From Centroscyllium fabricii (Eukaryota): a DNA stretch of 64,000 bases. The position numbers were made by a program, and so were the translations under genes. The notes under the pieces are model-generated. The model did no database searches. It saw nothing but the letters and a program-made list of their open reading frames with translations, and was not told the DNA's origin. The DNA is taken from positions 138,942,001 through 139,006,000 of the forward strand of contig JBNRSN020000007.1 in assembly GCA_051313645.2 (NCBI GenBank), written 5' to 3'. Shown piece by piece: positions 11,231 to 23,901 of the stretch; the stretch's first letter is position 1, and every line of letters begins with the position of its first letter.

Positions 11231-12005
11231 AGGTCTGTTATTGAAGGATCTTAGAACTTGTGCAGCTACTTATGACGCAAACATTACTGGGAAGAAGTCT
11301 TCCCTCCATGGAAAATGTAGGAGCTATGAAAATAGACAGCAGTCTGCAAGTCAGAGCTCAATCGCACAGCCCTTTCATTACTCCAGTCCTTTGTTTAACC
11401 CCATGGTAACACATTGTATAATTGTACTGGATGTGCAAAGCAATAAAGTCCACAACGATCTACATTCAATTCATCAAATGAGGGGTGAAGCTATTCTTTA
11501 ACTTCCTATGAAAAGGGATTTTGCCACAAGTTGCAGAGAGTAACAAATATAACATAGTACTGGATTCAAAATATTGAAATGTTTACTGTACTCACAGGGC
11601 CTGCAGTAAGAGCTGCAGTTAAACAACTACATCCGCATATCGTATTCTTCCCTTTCTCATTTAAAAAAAATGCAGTTCTGGTTAAACAGGTTTCACCTAC
11701 CAGGGCAAAGGCTTTCAAAGCAACTAACACATTAGATTAAATTAGTTAACCCACAATGTCCCACATATGTTTTTAACAAAGCTCGATTCACAACACATGA
11801 GCTTGTGATGGTTATTCCAACGCTAAGTCTGCTCAACCTCGGACATCTTTTTGACCACTGGCTGGAATCTTGAAAGCCCCATAAGCAAGTGAAGAAATTA
11901 TGTTTTGGGGGGGCCTCCTCAGACAAAGTAGATTTTGCAGTAATGAGCTGTGGAGCGATTGAGAGATTAATCTTGCAGCTGACTACTTCAGAAACATTTT
12001 AAACT

Positions 12006-12179
12006 GGGGATAGGGTGGGATATGTGTCGGTGCAGGCTCGATAGGGATCGAGGGATATGGGGACAAGGCAGGGACAGGGTGCTGGGTTTGGATGATCAGC
12101 CATGATCTCATTGAATGGCGGAGCAGGCTCGAAGGGCCGAATGGCCTACTCCTGCTCCTATCTTCTATGTTTCTATGTT
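12006..12179 (+). mobile_element. HE1-like SINE, 3' part
   Basis: Matches the 3' half of 50169-50560, including the CR1-derived tail GAATGGCCTACTCCTGCTCCTAT(CTTCTATGTT). Confidence 0.85.
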
Positions 12180-12211
12180 ACCACTGTAACTGGTATCATT
12201 TTCATGCTAAT

Positions 12212-12600
12212 GGCCCAGAAATTCGGGTCGGAGGCTTCCCCCGGCTGTAAGCCTCCAACCTGCACTTACCTTGCGCGACGGCCGTTGAACTGAGAACTCG
12301 CGTGGAATTCCAATTCTAGGCCTCCTCCACCTGCCGGAGCGCTGTGCTTGCGTATCCCAGCGGCGCAGTTAGTGCGATGCGTCCTCTGGGATCACATGCG
12401 CCATGACGAGCCAATCGAAGTAAAGAATGCTCCATTCATAAGTTTGACAGGAAGAGCTGTCAAAACTATGAAAACTACAAGCCCCAAAACATCACTGAAA
12501 CTTCAAATAATTTTTTTTTAAATTACATTTGTAAAATAACTATAAATTACATGACATGACTATTTTAAGCAATAATTTAAATTTTTGAAAAACATTTACC
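12212..12600. mobile_element. Single end of another PIF/Harbinger-like non-autonomous element
   Basis: Starts GGCCCAGAAATTCGG, then a CpG-rich subterminal region and an AT-rich core; no partner TIR found. Confidence 0.4.
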
Positions 12601-12601
12601 T

Positions 12602-12740
12602 GAGAGGGTCTCAGTTTAACACCTCATCTGAAAGACGGCACCTCCAACAGTGTAGCACTGAAGTGTTAGTCTAGATTTATATGCTCAATTCTCTGGAATC
12701 AAGCTTGAACCCATGACCTTCTGACTCAGAGCCAAGGCCG
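12602..12740 (-). mobile_element. Deu-SINE 5' fragment
   Basis: Reverse complement of the head and Deu-domain part seen at 23902-24070. Confidence 0.7.
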
Positions 12741-13993
12741 ACACCTTTTGTATATTTTAAATAAATAATCCACCAACCTCACATCAAGACATGACAACAC
12801 CCTGAACTTTGACCTTGGCCCACAGCCTCCACCCAGACTTGCCTTCCCCGCACCCAAGCCTCAAGCCCCTGAGTAATGTGTTGGACATCATGTCAAAGTA
12901 TACACTTGTGAAGAAAGGTTGTAGTATGTTGGAAACATGCATTTATTTACACATTAGGGCAGGTCCCTCCTTAAAGAGCATTGAGGATTTACACTGGCTA
13001 GATCAGCAGAGAGACAGATCAGCAGCACAACTGCTGCACAATAGGGTCGGTCGGCAGGACAGAAAGCTACACATATAACAGAAACAAGTTTCCTCAGGAA
13101 TGAACAGGAGAAAACATTGGGCTGTAATTTGCGATCCCTATGCTTACAAGGTGTGTCCACGTCCATAGGGGCCACGCAAGTTCTAGGTTTAGGCAGAGTG
13201 TAATTAAAGAGAGAGGGGGTTTAGGGTGGGAGATGCGAGGAAGATGGTTTTGCGGAGGTTTCTGAAAGGGCAGAGAGATGTGGCAAATCAGAGGAAGCTG
13301 GGCGAGGAACTCCAGAAGACAAGGGTTAGCTGCCACTAATAGTGGAGCGAGGGGGCAAGGAGTAGGTTGGCGTTCGACAAGCTGAAGAGTCAAGCTCCTA
13401 GAAAGGCACCATGAGGGATAAGGAAGTTCACCCTGGATCGTAAAATACTGATCATCTTCACAGCTGCCAGAGTGAGAAACCTTATCCAAAGAAATACAAT
13501 TTGCAAATCATCCTTTCGGTATCAAGCGGAAGCCTCTTAAGCTATTTGGTAGTATTATACATATATTAATATATTATAGATAATGGATACGTGGCAGTAG
13601 GCTACAAGCAGCGATGAGCCAAATGGGGTGCAATGATATCAAAGCGTAAGAGTGCAGTTTGAGTGGTTTACAAGAGTCAGACCTCAGCAGTTCAATTACT
13701 CGCTTAGAACCATCAGCTATTTTTCATTCGTTGTAATATATACTATTCATCATGAAGCTGGTTAGAAGTGCTTCAGGCTGCAGTTAACTTCCCAGGGCTA
13801 TTAAGCTGCTCTTGAGAAGATAAGCAAAAAAAGGTAATAATAAAACCACAGCAGTGATGCTAAATCCAAGATATACAGCGCGGAGGAGCTGGTATTATTT
13901 TGGAGGATAGTAGCATAAAGGAAAATACAGCATGTCTCCTCCTACAAGAATGACATTAAAATGAGATACAATCTGTACAACTACTTGCAAATA

Positions 13994-14413
13994 CAGGTTG
14001 AGCACCGATAATCCGTTACCCGAAATGCCAGCAACTTCAGTGGTCCGGTATAAATCGCCCCGACTGCCCTGCGCATGCGCAATTTGGCAGCCGCGATTGA
14101 GATTCGGCTAATGAGCTGCGCATGCGCCGGACAAGCGGGGCCTTCTGTGACGTCAGGGCGCAACGGCTCACGCCGCATTTTGAATGTGTGACTCCCGAGT
14201 GCCTGCCATGGTGAAGCGCGTGGTTCCCCGGAGCAGCCTGCAGGCCGTCATCAGGAGGCACAGCAAGGACGTTCGGCGGCCATTTCCAATGTTGTGCGCA
14301 TGCGCGCGGCCATTTTGAATGGTGCGCGACTGACCGACTTCATTCTACCGGTTTTTTCACTTTCCCGGCACGGGCCTGGTCCCGCCCGTGCCGGATTACC
14401 GGTGCTCAACCTG
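13994..14413. mobile_element. Tigger/pogo-like MITE
   Basis: CAGGTTGAGCACCG TIRs, TA TSD. Confidence 0.88.
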
Positions 14414-14419
14414 TATTAT

Positions 14420-14740
14420 GATGTGGAGGTGCCGGTGTTGGACTGGGGTGTCATTTGCATATATTACAGCTCCTTTAACATAGTGAAACGTCCCACGGCG
14501 CTTCACAGGAGCATTATCAGACAAACATTTACACCGAGCCGAAAGGACGAGATTTTCGGACAGGTGACCAAAAGTTTGGTCAAAAAGGGATTAAAGAGCA
14601 TCTTAACGAAGGAGAGTTCGAGAGGCGGAGAGTTTTAGGGAGGGAATTCCAGAGTTTAGGGCCTAGACAGCTGAAAGCACAGCCGCCAATGGTAGGACAA
14701 AAGAAACGCGGGATGTACAAGAGGCCAGAGTTGGAACACT
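14420..14740 (-). mobile_element. 31-bp Penelope-like family 1 terminus (14420-14450) abutting an L2 3' fragment (14452-14740)
   Basis: GATGTGGAGGTGCCGGTGTTGGACTGGGGTG is essentially identical to 44581. It is followed by the L2 tail TTGCATATATTACAGCTCCTTTAACATAG... Confidence 0.72.
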
Positions 14741-15298
14741 GACTATCGCCACTAGTGGCGTCAGCCAGCATTAACCGTGTACGATCGCAGAAATACAGCA
14801 GCACCCTCTCTGCACCAAGTTAATAAACTACAGTGAATTAAGAAAGCGTTTGCTCTAAGAACACAAAGCACACCCGTGCAAGACAAGATTACATTACACG
14901 GAGATTTCCTAATCACGCCACATTGACCAAGGGAGGTGCTCAATGCAGAAGAGGCAATACCCCAAGGGTAGGACACACAACCGGACAAAGTGCATGGGCT
15001 CAGCTAAGAACATTTTTTTTTAAATCAGCTAGAATCACATTGATGGGAAGGTTTGAGCTATGTATATACTTAACTGAAAAAAAGACTGTTAATCTGTATT
15101 AAAATAGGGTCAACATTGTCTCCTGGACTGGCTTTCAATAGCCATAGAATTATTTTCATATACATTTTAAGAAAATGATACACTGTAGTAAACACAGTAT
15201 TAATTTTCATTATAAAATAACATTGTTGGATTTTAACTCCGTTTTCAGGAAAGTGATCCAAACCATTTACAAAAGTTTATAACAGTGATTTTAAATAT

Positions 15299-15563
15299 CA
15301 CAGAGATGAGGAGGAATTTCTTCACCCAGAGAGTGGTGAACCTGTGGAATTCTCTGCCACAGAGGGCGGTGGAGGCTCGTTCATTGAATATATTCAAGAA
15401 GGAGCTGGATGTATTTCTTAAGGCTAGAGGGATCAAGGGATACGGGGAGAAGGCAGGGACAAGGTACTGAGTTTGGATGATCAGCCATGATCTCATTGAA
15501 TGGTGGAGCAGGCTCGAGGGGCCGAATGGCCTACTCCTGCTCCTATCTTCTATGTTTCTATGT
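15299..15563 (+). mobile_element. CR1 LINE 3' fragment
   Basis: EMRRNFFTQRVVNLWNSLP C-terminus plus 3' UTR ending in TTCTATGT repeats. Confidence 0.9.
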
Positions 15564-16071
15564 AAAATATTCCTCGCTGGGGTATTCTTTCAACTACAGC
15601 CTTCAAAAGGGCACAATAATTTGGTCTCTTTAAAAAGTTAACCTATATCACACAACTTAAATCATTTACTAAGACAATGAATAGTGAGCTATAGGTTTCA
15701 TCTTTCGGAAATGACACTTGATTGATCAGCAAGTCAGCAACGTTTCAACATGCACCCGATAACATGCTAATCCTTCACAAATGTCAATGCAAAATGCAAA
15801 TGCTCCTCCTATGTACCTGTATTGCAAAGTGAGAACAACAGGAGTGACCCTCCTTCCATGTATACATTGCACCAAACAGAGAGCTTAAAGTCATTTTGAG
15901 ATCACTAAGTATAAGGCATCCTCCTGCCCATTCAGTATCAGAATGTCCAATGGAAAATGTTATGACTGAGAAATAAACACATTAAGATGTAAAAACTGCT
16001 CAGATTCTAAGCTCTATTTAAACATTCATGTCTTTATTTATTTTTTATTTTTTTAAAGGCTTCATCTGCTT

Positions 16072-16352
16072 TCTCAGGTTGTCATAAAAGATCCCATAGC
16101 ACTATTCAGAAGAGCTGAGGAGTTCTCCCCAGAGTCCTGGCCAACATTTAGCCTTCAACCAACACTGGAAATAGATTATCTGCTCATTCTCACATTTCTG
16201 TTTGTGGAAGCTTGCTGTGTGCAAATTGGCTGGCCCGTTTCATACATCACAGCAGTGACTACACTTCAAATTGTACTTCATTGGCGCTAAAGCGCTTTGG
16301 GACGTCCGGAGGTCGTGAAAGTCGCTATATAAATGCAAGTTCTTTATTTTTT
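16072..16352 (+). mobile_element. Deu-SINE 3' two-thirds
   Basis: AAAAGATCCCATAGCACTATT...GCTATATAAATGCAAGTTCTTT. Confidence 0.8.
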
Positions 16353-17299
16353 TGGCTTGTACACATCATGCTGTAGTTCCACTTTTCTGACACTGGAGGC
16401 CCTCTGCTAGCTCTATAAACAACAACACAATCTCCAGCAACAGGAAACAATTCCTGTGACACTTAAGCTTGCTCCATTGGTCCAGCTGCTTATATTATAG
16501 ATGCTCGTCCACAATTCTCCACTCAGCCAGGATATCATGGGTGGTCAGAGCACAGACGAGAGGCCAAGTGGTGCCCCAAAGAGAGAAGTAGAGGGGGGAG
16601 GGGGGCGGGGGAACACTGGAAGGGAATGAGTTGCCTCAGCCCACACTTGCGCACCTCCTCGCTCTTGATTACAAGGCAGCCTGGGAGCTCAGCTGCAAAC
16701 TTGGGGAATGGTGGGCCTTGGAGGGAGAGGGGAGGGGCAAGGACGAAAGGAAAGGAAGAGAACAATATACACAAGTAAATAAATTCTAGGCACACCATAG
16801 GACTACAAACAGGCACGCATGCTTAAGCAAAAAAATTTAATGTTTGACCTCAGGGGAAAGACAATCACGAGTCAGGGTTTAACGAGACAGAAAGTATTTG
16901 CAGTCAGCTTCGAGAAGCTATTCAAATTGCAGCAGACAGCCAAGGGCCAGTTCTGATATTCTAGCCAACTGCCGCCATGTCTTTTTACAGGTCAGAGGTC
17001 AATCTAGAGCTGCATTTTTAAAGAAGTAATAATTTCTGAATTACATTTCATCGTGCAATGCTTTTGCCAAGTGGTAGCCAGCAGGAAAGGCCGAGCCCCA
17101 ACACCGAAAGGCGATTGATTTAGCTTACACACTGGAAGCGGTTACATCTCCACCGAAATGAACTCATTGCCCCCACAGTGTCAGGTTTGCGGACCTCTCC
17201 ATCACCAGCAATACTACAGTTCATCAGCACCCGCCACTTAACCAAAATGATTTACAGGTGTACCTTTAAACAGAAATTAAAAGAATGCTTAAGTTAATA

Positions 17300-17944
17300 C
17301 AGGTTGAGCACCGTTAATCCGGCACAGGCGGGACCAGGCCCGTGCCGGGAAAGTGAAACATAGAAGATAGGAGCAGGAGTAGGCCATTCGGCCCTTCGAG
17401 CCTGCTCCGCCATTCAATGAGATCATGGCTGATCATCCAAACCCAGTACCCTGTCCCTGCCTTGTCCCCATATCCCTCGATCCCTATCGAGCCTGCACCG
17501 ACACATATCCCACCCTATCCCCGTAACCCCACACATTCAATCCCCCTAACACTGAGGGTCAATTTATCCTGGCCAATCAACCTAACCCGCACATCTTTGG
17601 ACTGTGGGAGGAAACCAGAGCACCCGGAGGAAACCCACGCAGACACAGGGAGAATGTGCAAACTCCACACAGATAGTCACCCGAAGCCAGATTTGAACCC
17701 GGGCCCCTAGTGCTGTGAGGCAACAGTGCTAACCATTATGCCACCGTGACGCGCGTGAAAATCCCGAACGATTGAAGCTTCGGCGAGCGCATGCGCAGAC
17801 CATTCAAAATGGCCACCACGAAAGGCCCAGCGAAGCATCGATCGCGGCGGACATTTTGCGCATGCGCGGGGCAGTCGGGGAAATTATTGCCGGACGTTCG
17901 AAGTTGCCGGTTTTTCAGGTAACGGATTAATGGTGCTCAACCTG
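17300..17944. mobile_element. Tigger/pogo-like MITE interrupted by a SINE
   Basis: CAGGTTGAGCACC TIRs and TA TSD; inverted relative of 13994-14413. Confidence 0.85.
17356..17748 (-). mobile_element. HE1-like V-SINE, full length
   Basis: tRNA-like head (GTGGCATAATGGTTAGCACTG, GGTTCAAAT), V-domain (TGTGTGGAGTTTGCACATTCTCCC...GGTTTCCTCCCACAGTCCAAAGA) and CR1 tail. Confidence 0.92.
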
Positions 17945-18199
17945 TACCTATTTGCAACAAGCTTTTAAAAAGTACATTTTAATTATTAAATTTGCCCAGC
18001 ATGATCAGATCATATTCCCATGCCCAGTGACCGATAACATTTTTTGCAGACTTTTATTCTCATTTAATGATTAGGCTGATGCTCCCTTGCCCAGGGCTGC
18101 AGCCGATACCAGCCCCGACTTCCTCTCCCAGCATTGTAAAGTAAAGGAGCTGGAGCGGTGACCTCAGAAACGGCAGGAGCCCATCTTATAAGATGGCTT

Positions 18200-18330
18200 C
18201 ACAGAATCATAACCGCACAAAAGGAGGCCGTTCGGCCCATCGTGCCCGCGTCGGCTCTTTGAAAGGGCTCTCCAATTCATCCCACTCCCCCTTGCTCTTT
18301 CCCCATAACCCTGCAAATGTTGCTCTTCCT
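18200..18330 (-). mobile_element. Older CR1 3' tail fragment (similar fragment at 51465-51580, + strand)
   Basis: GGAGGCCGTTCGGCCCATCGTGCC...GCTCTTTGAAAG...CCCCATAACCCTGCAAA. Confidence 0.65.
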
Positions 18331-19731
18331 CTAGCAACAGTATAAACACTGCTGACAGAGAAGAAGGCTGCCATCTTGTGTGGTTCACCCTACTCGTGCT
18401 GGTCAGGGAAAGGTTTAACCCAGCATCTGGGGAAGCAGGGCAGCCAGGAGAAAAACTGCATTTCATCATCACTTCAAAAAAAAAGGCGCAGTTGTCACTC
18501 GTGTTTCAGAGCTGTGCGATATTAAAATATGGGGCAGTGGTCACCACACTTGGAATATTACTCTAAACAGTTCAGTCACCAGTTACCTCAGCAATGGGAG
18601 CACAGTGGCTCGAAAAAGGCATCAAAAACATTGGCCCGGTCATTTCAACTTGATTGGGCCAATCTCTTAAGGGCTTTGAGTTTCAATTGGCCAAAAAACA
18701 GCTCTTGGAACCTGTTATCGGCCAATTGGAACCCATGTCTTGATTAGGTGAATCGAACATTCAGAACGGAAGATGACATCGGAGATTACTGCAGGTATTT
18801 AGAAATCGTGTTCAAGTTCAAATAGTAAAAAAAAAATCAAAAGGAGGAAAGATGGGGAAGGAGTGAGAACATGGAGAAAGGGGAGCGGTAAAGCAAAACG
18901 AAACATTATGTAAAATATTAATATTAATAGAATATCCTTGCATCTGAACAGCACTGGGTTTGTTTCAGTTCATGGTGCAGACAATGAAAATTCAAAAAAT
19001 AAAAATGGCTAGCCCAGGGAGCCTGAACTTAAGGGAAAGTTTCAAAAACATTTAGAAAGCCCGTTGGTTGTTCAGCAGGTATATGCACCAATGAAGGATC
19101 ATTTTCAGCTTTGTGCTTCTGGCAAGGCTCGTTGTCCACCGGGAATGTACGTTGGGGGACTGGGTGGTTTTCTAACTGTTGGTCAACCGCAAGCCTCAGA
19201 CTTCAATTTCTGCTCCCAGCCTGTGGGGTAAAGTTGGAAAAATGACCCCCATGGTGTTGATATCGAGTCATGCAGAGCAGAGGGACATGGGTTCAATGTC
19301 TGTGGTGAGTCAGTTGATGTCAAGCAATTGCCGCACTACAGTTGTCCTCAGGACCGCTGTTTCTCCAGTTTGATCATTACCTAAAGGCCTCTGCTGGAGA
19401 GCGTGTTTGTGTGCGAGAGAGCGAGCTAATCTGCAGGGCTATCTATGGTCGAATAGCTAGCAAACAAATCAGTGTCTAGGCTCGCACGTGAAGAATGGCC
19501 GCCTGGGTGATGTACTCGACATGAGTAAAAACCCATCAGGAGAGGGAAGGAGAAAACGTGGCAGGAAATTATTCCTGAGCTGTTACATCATCGACTCTCA
19601 TTTTTCAGAACCACCTGTGATTTTTGCTCTCTCATGATGGGGCTTACTGAACTAACTGGAGAGCAGCAAAAAGTACATTTGATTTGCAGTTGGGTGGGTT
19701 GCACATTCAACCTCTTCTGCAGGCACCCTCA

Positions 19732-20560
19732 GGAGGGGATTTCGCCGGAAGGGCGGGAACCTGGCGGGGATTGGTCTGGGCGGCTTCCGGTCCCGCCCAC
19801 CCAAACAGCTGGGAAGGCCACGCAATTTTAGTTTAATTAGGTTGTTAAATCTCCGACGGCGGCAGCAGGAGGTAATTAGGTCAATCCAGTCGGGCTGTAT
19901 CGGGGCTGCGAGCAGTTTGATTGACAGTTCCAGCACTGGTTGTCGTCAGTTCCCATGGAAACACTCCACTTTGACATCACAGTGGAGTGGAGCCAATGGG
20001 AAAGGCCAAGTGCTGGTGACTGACAGGTGGGTGGGCGGGCTCAGAATCCCTCGCAGCGGCTGTCAGGAACTGTGCAGAACTGAGATTTCTCAGTTTCTGC
20101 TCACAGCTGCTGCTGCAGCCAGAACGGAGTTACTTACTCCTCGAAGGTGCTAGAGGCACGCCAAGCATTTGGCAGCATGTCCTTCACACCTTGAAGGAGA
20201 AAGTAATAAATGCAAGAAGTCACACAACACCAGGTTATAGTCCAACAGTAATAACCAGCGCTGTGCTCCCGCTGGGTTTCACCCAGCGGGGTTTAAGGTG
20301 ACGGGGTTAGGGCGGGAAACAGGGCAAAATGGCTGAGGGCCCTTAAAATGGCATTAAAGATGCCAATTAAGGGCCCTTAACGAGGTGACAACCCATCCCC
20401 GCCAGTCGGCGGCAGGAAGGTTTCGGGGCGGGGAGTCTGGGCAGGGTAAAATGAGAAAGTGGCGGGGATACGGCAGGGAGGGGCGGGACCCGCCGGTTCC
20501 GCTATTTTGCCGGCCAGGCCGCCGAAAACCCCGTCTCGCGGGGACATGAAACTCCCCCCC
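19732..20560 (-). mobile_element. Harbinger MITE family A (carries the same Penelope-like fragment as the 7762 copy)
   Basis: Reverse complement of 7762-8583; TSD TCA. Confidence 0.9.
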
Positions 20561-21338
20561 TCAGTTACTCAACTTAGTTTCAACGTCGTGGGGCAGTGTC
20601 CTCCCTGTTCTTAGCATCTCCCCACGCATGAAAGAGGAGTTGGGGGGCTGAAACATCACACATTCTCAGGCCACTACCATGCTCTTGCTGGGGGTACTGA
20701 GGGCAGCTCGAGAGCTGGTTGTCCACTTGGCCATAAAATTGGTAGAGTCGGAGAAAGCCGACACTGAGCTCTACAGTGAAAAGGCACAACGCAGGACACT
20801 CGAACACCACCGTCTGTCTGAAACAGGGCATGTAGAAGGCCGAAGAAGGGTGTTAGCGTGAGCCGTTCCTAAAACACAAATCCCATGTCTGTTGCCACTG
20901 GCTGCAAGAGAAGCTTGCTTTTGGACCCGGCCACGCTAACACCCCTTTAAGGCGTATTTAAAAGCAGCTGCAGCAAGACAGTTCCCAGCCACATGTCGAC
21001 CCTGGGCCCAGACTGGACAACCAACTCACAAGCCTCCAACTTCAAGCAGCTACGTTATTAGATTTCAGTTACTGATTAGATCAGTGCTCACTATTGTTAA
21101 AAAGGGGCAACAGTCTGTAAACTAAGGTGTTCACAGCAACATCGCGACTGACCCTGGATTCTTTTAATACTTCAGGACAAATCTAACACAAGCACAAGAA
21201 AGACTGTTGCAGTTGAAGCTACAGTCAAACTAATCTGCCTTTGCACAAACTGTCCCCGTCAGCCAGCTCATCCACCTTCGAGCACAATGTTCAAGATCTC
21301 ATGGCAAGGCAGCATATTGCTATCCCATTACCCATGAT

Positions 21339-22930
21339 CCTTCTTAGGCATTCCCTCGGAACCGAGGATGACTTGCTTCCACATGAGTTCGCAGGTGACT
21401 GATGAGTCCAATGCGGGACCTACAGTCTCTGTCACAGGTGGATCAGACGGTGGTTGAAGGGGCGGGTGGGTGGGGTACTTGGGTTGACGTGCGCTCCTTG
21501 TGCTGCTTCCGCTTGCTCCCGGTGAAGAGACGCGAGGTGTTCGATGCCTTCCCGGATGCTTCTCCTCCACTTTGTGCAGTCTTGGGCCAGTGATTCCCAG
21601 GTGTCAGTGGAGATGTTACACCTTTTCAAGGAGGCTTTGAGGGTGTCCTTGAAGTGTTTCCTCTGCCCACCTGGGGCTCTCTTGCCGTGCCGGAGCTCCG
21701 AGTAGAGCGCTTGTTTTGGGAGTCTCGTATCGGGCATGCGGACAATGTGACCCGTCCATCGGAGCTGATCGAGCGTGGTCAAAGCTTCGATGCTGGGGAT
21801 GTTGACCTGAGCAAGAACACTTGACGTCGGTGCGCCTATCCTGCCAATGGATTTGCAGGATCTTGCGGAGGCAGTGTTGGTGGTACCTCTCCAGTGCTTT
21901 GAGATGCCTGCTGTACATAGTCCATATCTCTGAGGCATACAGCAGGGCGGGTATCACTGCTGCTCTGTAGACCATGAGCTTAGTGCCGGGTTTGAGGTCC
22001 TGGTCTTCAAACACTCTTTTCCTCAGGTGACCGAAGGCTGCGCTGGCACACTGAAGGCGGTGTTGGACTTCGTCGTCGACGTCTGCCCTTGTTGACAGTC
22101 AGCCCCCGAGGTATGGAAAGTGGTCCACATTGTCCAAGGCCTAGTCATGGATTTTGATAATCGGGGGGCAGTACTGTGTGGCGGGGGCAGGTTGGCAGAG
22201 GATCTTTGTCTTACAGATGTTTAGTGTAAGGCCATGCTCTTGTACGCTTCGGTGAAGGTGTTCAACGATGGTCTGGAGTTCGACCTCCGAGTGAGCACAG
22301 ATGCAAGCGTCGTCTGCATACTGTAATTCGACAACAGAGGATGGGACGATCTTTTATCTGGACTGGAGGCAATGGAGGTTGAACAGTTTCCCGTTTGTTC
22401 TGTAAATTAGCTCCACGCCAATTGGGAGCTTACTGAGGGTGAGATAGAGCATTGCAGCAAGGAAGATCGAGAAGAACGTTAGTGCAATGACGCACAAGAA
22501 AGGTGACAAGTCCGATTGCGGTAAATACAGAGGAGTTTCCCTGCTCTCTGCCACAAGGAAAGTCATCGCAAGAATCGTCCTCAGTCGCCTTCTCCCAGTG
22601 GTCGAAGAGCTCCTCCCAGAGTTGCAATGCAGATTCCACCCACTAAAAGGCATAATGGACATGATCTTCACCGCATGTCAATTACAAGAGAAATGCAGGG
22701 AACAGCACCAACCGCTGTACATGGGCTTCTTTGGTCTCACAAAGGCCTTCGACACCGTCAACCGTGAGAGATTATGGAGTGTCCTCCTCAAATTCGGCTG
22801 CCTGCAAAAGTTTATCACCATGCTCCGCCTGCTTCACAACGACATGCAAGCCGCGATCCTGACCAACGGTTCCACCACAGACCCAATTCACGTACAGACC
22901 AGGGTCAAACAAGGCTGTGTCATCACACCC
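21339..22930 (-). mobile_element. RTE-clade (BovB-like) LINE, 5'-truncated with an inverted 5' segment
   Basis: The minus strand gives LQYADD, LRWTGHIVRMPDTRLPKQALYSEL, a C-terminal C2H2-like finger and an AAG-repeat tail. 22497-22930 on + gives the upstream RT part (KKGDKSDCGKYRGVSLLS...TKAFDTV...VKQGCVI). Confidence 0.9.
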
Positions 22931-22982
22931 GTGATAGTTATAGCGATGACACCTAGTTGGTGGTGAAGAAGCCAGACACGTA

Positions 22983-23750
22983 GGGGGGGAATTTCATGTC
23001 CCCGTGAGGCGGGGTTTTCAGTGACTCGGCCGGCAAAATAGCACAACCAGTGGGTCGCGACCGCCCCCCCCCCTCGCCGGATCCCCGCCGCTTTATCATT
23101 TTTCCCCGCCCCGAAACCTTCCTGCCGGCGGCCGGCGGGGATGGGTTGTCACCTCGTTAAGGGCCCTTAATTGGCATGTTTAATGCCATTTTAAGGGCCC
23201 TCAGCCATTTTGAGCCATTTCCCACCCTAACACCGTCACCTTAAACCCCACTGGGTTTACAGTGCTGGTCATTACTTTCTCCTTCAAGGTGTGAAGGGCA
23301 TGCTGCCAAATGCTTGGCATGCCTCCAGCACCTTAGAGTAGTAAGTTACTCCGTGGTGGCTACACCAGCTGTAGGCAAAAACTGAGAAATCTCAGCTTTG
23401 CACATTTCCTCACAGCCAGTGCGAGCTGTCATAGATTCGGAGCCCGCCCGCCCACCTGTCAGTCACCAGCACTTGATCTTTCCCATTGGTTCCACTCGAC
23501 TGTGATGTCACAGTAGAGTATTTCCATGGGAACTGTCAACAACCAGTGCTGGAACTGTCAATCAAGCTGCTCGCAACCCCGCTGCAGCCTGACTCGATTG
23601 AGTTAATTACCACCTGCTGCCGCTGGCGGGGATTTAACAACTCAATTAAATTAAAATTGCGTGTGCTTCCCAGGTCTTTGGGCGGGCGGGACAGGAACCT
23701 GCCCAGACCAATCCTCGCCAGGTTCCCGCACTTCCGGCAAGATCCCACCC
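22983..23750 (+). mobile_element. Harbinger MITE family A
   Basis: Collinear with 9059-9839; TSD GTA. Confidence 0.9.
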
Positions 23751-23901
23751 GTACTGTGGAGGGCATCAGAGGTGAACCCAATCCTGCCCTCGCTGGATGC
23801 CAACACCCACGCACTGGATCAGGGTCAAGAGATAGCAAATCAGAAGCCTTCGCTTTCATAGACTGGGGTCACTGAAGCCACAGGCATTCCTAATGGAGGG
23901 G

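Noticed and set aside
18633-19249. Possible older Harbinger-like element (GGTCATTTCAACTT...AAGTTGGAAAAATGACC)
   Set aside because: The TIRs are too degenerate and no TSD can be assigned.
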